The position numbers and the translations under genes are program-made. Below the pieces are notes generated by a model. The model ran no database searches. It was not told where the DNA came from and was given only the letters and a program-made list of their open reading frames with translations. Positions 44,410-51,478 of a stretch of DNA of 51,478 nucleotides are shown here, piece by piece (positions within the stretch are counted from its first letter, which is position 1; each line of letters begins with the position of its first letter). Where the stretch lies: NCBI GenBank assembly GCA_017623255.1, contig JAGAPL010000032.1, positions 1-51,478 on the forward strand, in the 5' to 3' direction. This stretch comes from Clostridia bacterium. GTDB lineage: Bacteria > Bacillota > Clostridia > Oscillospirales > CAG-272.

Positions 44410-47352
44410 ATGGCACAAGCCCCGATGTCCCGTATTAATCAGCTTGCAAAAGACCTTGAAATGAAAAGCAAGGATCTTATTGCAGTTCTTGAAGAGAATA
44501 ATCTCGGTGGCAAAAAGACAACAACAGTTCTTGCGGCAGACGAATTCAATCTCTTTTTTGATACATTGACAAAGAACAATCAGATTTCTGATATTGACGG
44601 ATACGTTCACGGCAAAACAAGCATCCCTTCTGTAAAGAAGAGCAAGGCTGCAGCAGAAGCTGAAGCCAAGGCGGCTGCAAAGAAGGCTGCAGAAGCAAAG
44701 GCTAAGGCTGAGGCAGAAGCCGAGGCTAAAGCAAAGGCTGAGGCAGAAGCTAAGGCTAAAGCAGAAGCAGAAGCTGAAGCTAAAGCAAAGGCAGAAGCTG
44801 AAGCGGCAGCTAAGGCAAAAGCAGAGGCAGAAGCCGCAGCTAAGGCAAAGGCTGAAGCTGAGGCAAAGAAGGCGGCAGAAGCTGAAGCTAAAACAAAGAT
44901 CGCAACAGCTAACCTTGATGCTGAAAAGGATGCAGCTCTTATGAAGATGGCTGCAGCTGCAAAGGCAAGAGCAGAGGCTGAGGCTAAGGCTAAGGAAGAA
45001 AAGGCTAAAGCTAAGGCTGAAGGCAGAGACTTTAAGGATTCTAAGGATCAGAGACCTGCAAAGCCCCAGCAGAACGGTAACCGTCAGGATAACAGACAGG
45101 ATAACCGTCAGGACAGACCTCAGAAAAACGATCGCTTTGCTGATCGCAAGAATGATAGTCGTCCTCAGGATAACCGTCAGGGTGCACAGCGTCCCGACAA
45201 CCGCGACAACAGAGATAACCGCGATAACCGCGACAGAAAAAATAATAATCTGAAGCCTCAGGGCGCTCCTCAGCAGAATCGCCCTGCAGAAAGTCAGAAC
45301 CAGAACCGCAGCTATATTCCCGATGCCTCCACAATGGGCAAGCAGAAACAGAAGGCTGCAGCTCCCACAAATGAGCGCAAGCGTACAGGTACAACAAGAG
45401 TTGTAGATACAAGAGCAAGCTCTGTTGACCTTTCCAAATATGACGAGCGTCTTGAAACATTCGCTCCCGATTTCCATCGCGATAATTCTTCCAATAAGCA
45501 GAAGCTTAAGAAGCAGAACACACGCGATATGCGTTCCTCCAAGAATCGCAATAAGGAAAACAACGCTATGGAGCGTCTGCGTAAAGAGCAGCAGGCTAAG
45601 AAGCAGCCCCTTAAGATCACAGTTCCCGATGAGATCTCCGTTTCCGAGCTTGCATCCCGTCTTAAAGTAACCGCGGCAGAGGTTGTTAAGCGCCTTATGC
45701 TTATGGGCACTCTTGCAACAGTTAACCAGATCATCGACTTTGACACAGCTTATCTTATTGCTGACGAGCTTGGTGCTGAGGTAACTCGCGAGGTTGTTGT
45801 AACCATCGAAGAAAAGCTCTTTAACGAAGAAGAGGATAAAGACGAAAATCAGGTAGAAAGAGCACCTGTTGTGTGCGTAATGGGACACGTTGACCACGGT
45901 AAAACATCCCTTCTCGATGCTATCCGTCACACAAACGTAACAAGCGGAGAAGCAGGCGGTATCACACAGCATATCGGTGCATACAGAGTTAATATCGGCG
46001 GCAAGGATATCACATTCCTTGACACACCCGGACACGAAGCGTTCACAGCAATGCGTGCGCGCGGCGCTCAGGCAACTGACATTGCGATTCTTGTCGTTGC
46101 GGCTGACGACGGTATCATGCCTCAGACAGTTGAAGCTATCAACCATGCAAAAGCTGCAGGCGTTGAGATCATCGTTGCTATCAATAAGATGGATAAGCCC
46201 ACAGCTAATCCCGATGCAGTTAAAACAGAGCTTACAAACTATAACCTCGTTCCTGAAGAATGGGGCGGTGACGTTATGTGTATCCCCGTTTCCGCTGTTA
46301 CAAGAATGGGTATCGAAGACCTTCTTGAAAGCGTTCTTCTTATTGCAGAGGTTAAGGAATATAAGGCTAACCCCGAAAGACGTGCCAAGGGTATCGTTAT
46401 CGAGGCTAAGCTTGACAAGGGAAGAGGTCCTGTTGCAACAGTTCTTGTTCAGAACGGTACTCTCAGAGGCGGCGATATCGTTATCGCAGGCACATCTGTT
46501 GGCCGTGTAAGAGCAATGACAGACCACACAGGTAAGTCTCTTAAGGAGGCAGGTCCTTCCGTTCCCGTTGAGATCATCGGTCTTTCCGAGGTTCCTCAGT
46601 CCGGTGACGAATTCAACGCAGTTGAAGACGAAAGAATGGCAAGAGAGCTTGCTGATCAGCGTAAAGCAAAGGCGAAGGAAGAAGTGTTCAAGGCAAACGC
46701 TAAGGTTAACCTTGACGATCTCTTTGCTCAGATCAAGGAAGGCGTTCAGGACCTTAACATCATCGTTAAGGCAGACGTTGGCGGTAGTGCAGAGGCTGTT
46801 AAGCAGTCCCTTGAAAAGATCTCCAACGACGAGGTTCGCGTTCGCGTTATCCACTCTGCAGCAGGTGGTATCACAGAGAGCGACGTTATGCTTGCTGATG
46901 CATCAAACGCTATCATCGTAGGCTTTAACGTTCGTCCCGACCGCGGCGCAATTGACTCCGCAGAGCACAAGGGTGTTGATATCAGAACTTACCGTATCAT
47001 CTACGACTGTATCGAAGAGATCACAGCCGCTATGAAGGGTATGCTTGCTCCTGAGTTTGTTGAAAAGCTTCTCGGTCAGGCAGAAGTTCGTCAGACTATC
47101 AGAGTTCCCAACGTTGGCGTTATCGCAGGTTCTTATGTTCAGAACGGTTATATCACAAGAAGCGCGAATATCCGCGTAGTTCGTGACGGTATCGTAATTT
47201 TTGAAGATAAGATCTCCTCTCTCAAGAGATTCAAGGACGACGTTCGTGAAGTTCAGACAGGCTACGAATGTGGTATCGGCCTTGAAAAGTTCAACGACCT
47301 TAAGGAAGGCGACGTTCTCGAAGCCTTCATTATGGAAGAAGTTGCAAGATAA
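44410..47352 (+). CDS. infB: Translation initiation factor IF-2 with a repeat-expanded N-terminal region
   Basis: 980 aa. G domain motifs [26 protein letters not shown]. The N-terminal region holds (AEAKAK)n and (DNR)n low-complexity tracts. Confidence 0.97.
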   Translation: MAQAPMSRINQLAKDLEMKSKDLIAVLEENNLGGKKTTTVLAADEFNLFFDTLTKNNQISDIDGYVHGKTSIPSVKKSKAAAEAEAKAAAKKAAEAKAKAEAEAEAKAKAEAEAKAKAEAEAEAKAKAEAEAAAKAKAEAEAAAKAKAEAEAKKAAEAEAKTKIATANLDAEKDAALMKMAAAAKARAEAEAKAKEEKAKAKAEGRDFKDSKDQRPAKPQQNGNRQDNRQDNRQDRPQKNDRFADRKNDSRPQDNRQGAQRPDNRDNRDNRDNRDRKNNNLKPQGAPQQNRPAESQNQNRSYIPDASTMGKQKQKAAAPTNERKRTGTTRVVDTRASSVDLSKYDERLETFAPDFHRDNSSNKQKLKKQNTRDMRSSKNRNKENNAMERLRKEQQAKKQPLKITVPDEISVSELASRLKVTAAEVVKRLMLMGTLATVNQIIDFDTAYLIADELGAEVTREVVVTIEEKLFNEEEDKDENQVERAPVVCVMGHVDHGKTSLLDAIRHTNVTSGEAGGITQHIGAYRVNIGGKDITFLDTPGHEAFTAMRARGAQATDIAILVVAADDGIMPQTVEAINHAKAAGVEIIVAINKMDKPTANPDAVKTELTNYNLVPEEWGGDVMCIPVSAVTRMGIEDLLESVLLIAEVKEYKANPERRAKGIVIEAKLDKGRGPVATVLVQNGTLRGGDIVIAGTSVGRVRAMTDHTGKSLKEAGPSVPVEIIGLSEVPQSGDEFNAVEDERMARELADQRKAKAKEEVFKANAKVNLDDLFAQIKEGVQDLNIIVKADVGGSAEAVKQSLEKISNDEVRVRVIHSAAGGITESDVMLADASNAIIVGFNVRPDRGAIDSAEHKGVDIRTYRIIYDCIEEITAAMKGMLAPEFVEKLLGQAEVRQTIRVPNVGVIAGSYVQNGYITRSANIRVVRDGIVIFEDKISSLKRFKDDVREVQTGYECGIGLEKFNDLKEGDVLEAFIMEEVAR

Positions 47353-47362
47353 ATTTGAATAT

Positions 47363-47393
47363 AAAAAGGAGATGCTTTGGCATCTCCTTTTTT
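47363..47393 (+). terminator. Intrinsic terminator after infB
   Basis: AAAAAGGAGATGC-TTTG-GCATCTCCTTTTTT. Confidence 0.85.
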
Positions 47394-47422
47394 ATATAAG
47401 CGGGGAGCAATTCAATTTTTTA

Positions 47423-47451
47423 TTGCAAAAGCGGCATAATTGTTGTATCAT
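47423..47451 (+). promoter_or_regulatory. Sigma-A-type promoter for the 47483 gene
   Basis: TTGCAA (47423-47428), 17-nt spacer, TATCAT (47446-47451). Confidence 0.45.
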
Positions 47452-47482
47452 ATCAATATAAAAAACAAAAAGGAGATCTGAA

Positions 47483-48241
47483 ATGTTCTATCGTTTTTCA
47501 GTTGATGACAACATAAGATTTCTGCAGGATTTGACAGAAGGAGATTATTCTTCTGTTTTTGATCATCCCTACATGAAAATGTATAAAAACCTGCACGAAA
47601 AATACGGCGCAAAGATCCAGCTCAATCTGTTCTACACGATGAACGGTTTTGATCTTTCTATGATGACAGATAAATATAAAGAAGAATGGCAGGCAAACGC
47701 CCATTGGCTTCGTTTTTCATTCCATTCTTATTCCGATGCGCCGCCCTTTCCCTATAGAGAGTCGGATTATGATGAAGTATACCGCGATTGTCAGATGGTG
47801 CACAGAGAAATTCGCCGCTTTGCAGGCGAGGAGTGCCTCAGCTATTTTATAACAGTGCACTATTGCCAGGCGTCACCCGAAGCGATCCGCGCCCTGCGTG
47901 ATTGCGGCATCAAAGGTATGGTGGGGCTTTTCAAGGATGCAGAGTGCTATGGAAGAAGCTTTGACGGCTCTGAAATGACGGTAGAATACGATGAGGAAAT
48001 GAAAATGTATCTTTTCTGCAACGATATAATTCTCAATCTATATCCGCTTTCAGAGGTTGAAGCGCGCCTTGCACCAAGCGACCATAAGGAATTCACCGAG
48101 GTTATGATACACGAGCAGTATTATTATCCCGATTATATTGCACACATTCCTGATTTTGAAAAAATCGTTGAAGCAGCAATCGGGTATCTCACAAAAAAAG
48201 GCAGAAAGTCCGTCTGGCTTGAAGAACTTGTTAATGAATAA
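47483..48241 (+). CDS. Hypothetical protein, weakly reminiscent of NodB/polysaccharide-deacetylase-fold proteins
   Basis: 252 aa. RBS AAAGGAGA. The N-terminal FSVDDN resembles the NodB TFDDG motif, and FSFHSYSD and MIHEQYY follow. The family call is weak. Confidence 0.35.
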   Translation: MFYRFSVDDNIRFLQDLTEGDYSSVFDHPYMKMYKNLHEKYGAKIQLNLFYTMNGFDLSMMTDKYKEEWQANAHWLRFSFHSYSDAPPFPYRESDYDEVYRDCQMVHREIRRFAGEECLSYFITVHYCQASPEAIRALRDCGIKGMVGLFKDAECYGRSFDGSEMTVEYDEEMKMYLFCNDIILNLYPLSEVEARLAPSDHKEFTEVMIHEQYYYPDYIAHIPDFEKIVEAAIGYLTKKGRKSVWLEELVNE

Positions 48242-48244
48242 TAT

Positions 48245-48272
48245 AAAAGGAGATGCATTGCATCTCCTTTTT
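48245..48272 (+). terminator. Intrinsic terminator, near-duplicate of the infB terminator
   Basis: AAAAGGAGATGC-ATT-GCATCTCCTTTTT. Confidence 0.85.
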
Positions 48273-48301
48273 GTTATATAAATTATTGTTTACAGCTGTA
48301 C

Positions 48302-48378
48302 CCGTAGGGGAGGATATCATGTCAAGGGGGACATACTATCCGCCCCTACGAGTTTGGCAGATAAATTCTTATTTACCG
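48302..48378. repeat. Long imperfect hairpin plus R2-related flank
   Basis: CCGTAGGGGAGGATATCATGTC-AAGG-GGGACATACTATCCGCCCCTACG (48302-48350). The following AGATAAATT..ACCGTT resembles the reverse complement of 51177-51205. Confidence 0.55.
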
Positions 48379-48379
48379 T

Positions 48380-50149
48380 TCACTTTGTTATATTCTGAAC
48401 AAATTCCTGCAATCTCCAAAGGTCAGAGGGCTTGTCATCGCGAAGCCAGGCGCTGCTGTAATCGGAAAGCCATTGATCAAAATCAGCCTGCAGAGCATTT
48501 TTGTCAGTATATCCTTCAGCATTGTTTATGCAAAGCACAAGGCGGTTCATAAGTTCAATTGCGCGGCAGGAAAGGATCAGATCGCATATGATGCTGTCGT
48601 CTCTTTTAAGAGCTTCAAGCCTCGCTTTTTCACGTCGGCATATCTCTATGTGAGAAACGAGGTCTTCAGAGGTGTATTCTCCATTGTGATTTCCGCCATA
48701 GCTGAGAGGAACGTCCTTGCCCTCAAGATGAGTTGCAGAATGCCATATAACGAATTGCGACCAATTGCAGCTGCTACCTGCTTTGGCAAGGCTTCTCAGT
48801 GAGTCAGCCATATTGAAATCCTTTATATCATATAAAAGCAGGCTTGCGGCATTTTCAAATCCCGCATCCGTCACAGAGTCCACGTTCCAGGCTTTTTCAG
48901 CACCTAAAAGTAGTCCGTATAAATTGCAGCTGAATGGACAAACGTGGCCAAAATCGCCCCAATTGGTGTTTAAAATGCCAAGCGCACCGTATTTCTTTGC
49001 GTGGGCGGCAAAGCTTGAAATATTCCCCTCTGAAATATAAATATTTTCAATAAAATTGTCCCAGCAGGAAGTTCCCGTGCAGCATATCTGAGAAAAATCT
49101 CTCTCCCAAAACATTTTTGGTATCCATTCTGCAACCTTATGCCTATAGCACCAGTTGAGAACGATAATATCTTCGGGCAGCCGTTCTTTTGCCATATCGG
49201 GACGCGCCATAATTTCATCGCCCCATATCATAGGAGTTTTGCCGTAGGACTTAACTATATCAATGAGCTTTTCAACGTGATAAAAATAGGCTTCGCCTTT
49301 GTCTTTGCCCTGATTTGCGCCGCTGCAAAGATCCATTGTTTCATCGCAGCAAATGTTGAAATATTTCGAGGAGAAAAGTGGAATAAACTGACGAAGCATT
49401 GAACCTATAACCTCTATTGTTTCGGGATGATACACGTCAAAGGTGTGATGCCATTGGCGCTCAAGCCAATAGTTGCGCGTCATTTTGTGCCCCTTGAGCT
49501 CGCAAAGATGGTTATATCGCTCGCTCTGAAGCAGGGTGAAAAGATGGCCAAATGTGGACATTGAGGGAACGAGGTCAATAAATCTGTCCATACAATATCG
49601 GTCAAGCTCTTTTATTTCGTCGGGAGTGAGTGCGTTTTTGGCAGAAACGATTCCTTCAAGCTGGCTGAAAGTGAAAGCATCTTCAACGTATAGCTGAAGG
49701 GAGTTTATTTTGTAAAAAGCAAGAGTGTCAGCAATGGTTTTCAGCTTTTTCAAGGTAGGCACTCGACCTCTGGAAATGTCGTGATAAAAACCGCGATATG
49801 AAAGTTCAGGAGCGTCTTCAATATAACAGCAGGGAATATCTGAGCCGTTTTCTTTTGTAAGCTGGCGCAGAGATTGGATCGCATAAAAAGCGCCTGCCGC
49901 GCCGTCAGCTTCTATGGCGATCGCATTTTCGCCAACTGTCAGGCGGTAGCCCTCTCCCACGTTGCCGTGAGAAACGTAAATAATATTTTGCGAAGGTGAA
50001 CAGTCTGCTTCGGCTAAAAGAGTATTGAGTGCCGCGTTTATTCTGCCGTCTTCTCCGCCGTATTCAATGGCGCAAAAACGGGAAAGGGCAAAGGTTCCCT
50101 TTCTTTCTTCAATAATAGCAGGCGTTGGGATAATTCTAAGCATATTCAC
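48380..50149 (-). CDS. GH20-like beta-N-acetylhexosaminidase family protein
   Basis: 589 aa. RBS AGGAGGGTGA. N-terminal IIPTPAIIEERKG, then RGFYHDISRGRVP and candidate catalytic CCDE. Confidence 0.65.
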   Translation of the reverse strand: MNMLRIIPTPAIIEERKGTFALSRFCAIEYGGEDGRINAALNTLLAEADCSPSQNIIYVSHGNVGEGYRLTVGENAIAIEADGAAGAFYAIQSLRQLTKENGSDIPCCYIEDAPELSYRGFYHDISRGRVPTLKKLKTIADTLAFYKINSLQLYVEDAFTFSQLEGIVSAKNALTPDEIKELDRYCMDRFIDLVPSMSTFGHLFTLLQSERYNHLCELKGHKMTRNYWLERQWHHTFDVYHPETIEVIGSMLRQFIPLFSSKYFNICCDETMDLCSGANQGKDKGEAYFYHVEKLIDIVKSYGKTPMIWGDEIMARPDMAKERLPEDIIVLNWCYRHKVAEWIPKMFWERDFSQICCTGTSCWDNFIENIYISEGNISSFAAHAKKYGALGILNTNWGDFGHVCPFSCNLYGLLLGAEKAWNVDSVTDAGFENAASLLLYDIKDFNMADSLRSLAKAGSSCNWSQFVIWHSATHLEGKDVPLSYGGNHNGEYTSEDLVSHIEICRREKARLEALKRDDSIICDLILSCRAIELMNRLVLCINNAEGYTDKNALQADFDQWLSDYSSAWLRDDKPSDLWRLQEFVQNITK

Positions 50150-50248
50150 CCTCCTTAAATTGATATTTTATTTTATCATATAAAACAGTGGTTTGACAAG
50201 AGGGGGAGCAAGCGGTATAATGATAAAAAAGCCACCGGAGGTGCAATT

Positions 50249-51148
50249 ATGACAATGCGTGAAATTCTTAACGATCTGAAAAGTGACAGAGTGAAAAAGG
50301 TCATTCTCGATACTGATGCTTATAACGAAATTGACGATCAGTTTGCAATAGCTTATTTTTACTATTCCAAAAAAGTTGATCTTTTGGCAGTCACAGCCGA
50401 GCACTATATGCACGACAGATGCAATTCCAAGGAAGTCGGAATGAAGCGCAGCTACGATGAGATAGTGAAGGTGCTTTCACTTGCGGATCCTCATTATACA
50501 ACCGAAACCTATCGCGGAAGCATAAACACCATTGACGAAACAGGCAGCTACGTTGAAAGCGATGCGGCAGATGCAATTATCCGTATTGCAAGAGATAGCG
50601 ATGAGATGGTATACGTTGTTGCTATCGGCGCTTTGACAAACGTTACCTCAGCAATTCTGAAAGCTCCCGATATCAAGGAAAAAATATGCGTTGTGTTTGT
50701 TGGCTGCCGTCCCCTTGCAATTGGCTGCCCCGTTGAATATAACGTTGAACAGGACTATAAAGCGGCTCAGCTGCTCTTTGAAAGCGGAGTGCGCCTTGTC
50801 ATCATCCCCGATGCAAACGTAACCCAGAAGCTGCGCTCACCTATCGACTGCGTTTCACAGATCAAAGGGGCAAATCCCGTTTGCGACTATCTCTATGATA
50901 TTTCATATAACGCATATCGCGCCGTAGGCTGTCCTCCCACATGGGCAAGAACCATCTGGGACCTTGGCGCCCCTGCGGTTTTCGAAACACCGGAGGCGGC
51001 AACATATGAATTTATGCCCCGTCCCATTCTCACAGAGGAAAGAACGTATGCCTTTGATGATAGCCGCCCCGAAATGATCATGGTCACCGATCTTGACCGC
51101 GATCCTATTTTTGAGCGCGCATGGACTGTCCTGAAGGCAGGAAAATAG
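50249..51148 (+). CDS. Nucleoside hydrolase (IUNH family)
   Basis: 299 aa. RBS GGAGGTG. N-terminal aspartate cluster ILDTDAYNEIDDQFA. Confidence 0.8.
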   Translation: MTMREILNDLKSDRVKKVILDTDAYNEIDDQFAIAYFYYSKKVDLLAVTAEHYMHDRCNSKEVGMKRSYDEIVKVLSLADPHYTTETYRGSINTIDETGSYVESDAADAIIRIARDSDEMVYVVAIGALTNVTSAILKAPDIKEKICVVFVGCRPLAIGCPVEYNVEQDYKAAQLLFESGVRLVIIPDANVTQKLRSPIDCVSQIKGANPVCDYLYDISYNAYRAVGCPPTWARTIWDLGAPAVFETPEAATYEFMPRPILTEERTYAFDDSRPEMIMVTDLDRDPIFERAWTVLKAGK

Positions 51149-51172
51149 TGTCGGATGTCCTGTAATTACAAT

Positions 51173-51478
51173 GCTTAACGGTAATTTATCTTCTTATCCG
51201 TAGGGACCGACGTCCCCGGCGGTCCGCAAAACAATTTGCAATAGATAAATTTATTTTATGCAGATATCATATACAACTATCTGATATAGCAGTTCGATTT
51301 CTACATATCCGGATCGGAAGTTGCTACGCTAAACGATAATTTACCTTCTTATCCGTAGGGACCGACGTCCTCGGCGGTCCAAAAAACATTGGTTAAAGGA
51401 TAAATCATATTTGATGGATTTCTGATACAGTTATCAAATATGGCAATTCAATCTCTATGTGTAAGGACCGCCGAGGAC
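51173..51478. repeat. Two diverged ~153-bp tandem units of repeat family R2, with a third inverted core cut by the window end
   Basis: The cores are CCGTAGGGACCGACGTCC(C/T)CGGCGGTCC at 51198-51225 and 51353-51380. The units are also homologous across their AT-rich parts. An inverted core, GGACCGCCGAGGAC, lies at 51465-51478. Confidence 0.8.

Noticed and set aside
44383-46854. 823-aa ORF antisense to infB
   Set aside because: It mirrors a gene with unmistakable IF-2 motifs. Its product is Cys/Leu/Ser/Phe-rich low complexity (CLSLSLC... opposite the AEAKAK repeat), and it has no RBS or homology cues. It is a shadow ORF.
47356-48282. Integron-type gene cassette with attC sites
   Set aside because: The flanking palindromes are simple 8-bp stem terminators with U-tracts. 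They lack the GTTRRRY/RYYYAAC core sites, no intI is present, and the gene has its own promoter-like sequence.
51198-51478. Possible CRISPR array (repeated 28-nt GC-rich palindromic core)
   Set aside because: The core spacing is about 155 bp and the 'spacers' are homologous to each other. The third core is in inverted orientation and no cas genes are present. It is a tandem or MITE-like repeat, not CRISPR.

Overview
This window looks like an ordinary chromosomal, mostly housekeeping segment of a spore-forming Firmicute (Clostridia-like). The markers are spoIIE, abrB, soj/spo0J, a B. subtilis-type glgB-C-D-A-P glycogen cluster, serS, cysE/cysS and the rimP-nusA-ylxR-ylxQ-infB operon.

I can support about 44 protein genes, one well-supported 6S RNA candidate, and several sigma-A-type promoters and intrinsic terminators. 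I saw no tRNA, rRNA, CRISPR array, transposase, integrase, phage gene or recognisable defence gene, and I do not see a convincing novel multi-gene protein system.

The unusual content is mainly non-coding. At least four families of GC-rich hairpin or palindromic repeats occupy operon boundaries:
- A ~295-bp palindromic element has 33-nt perfect inverted ends that supply the stop codons of both convergent neighbouring genes. A second copy with a ~96% identical core lies 15 kb away.
- A five-hairpin array shows compensatory base changes between two of its hairpins.
- A GC-rich hairpin repeat occurs at 42.0 kb, 48.3 kb and in tandem at 51.2-51.5 kb.

Other items worth a second look:
- csaB is interrupted by an in-frame TGA.
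- A single-gene cassette bracketed by duplicated terminators sits where rbfA would be expected after infB.
- An uncharacterised esterase-esterase-ATP-grasp operon.
- A cysE-CPBP-cysS-RNHCP arrangement.
- A repeat-expanded IF-2 N-terminus.

All family assignments come from motif recognition by eye and memory. No database search was run.
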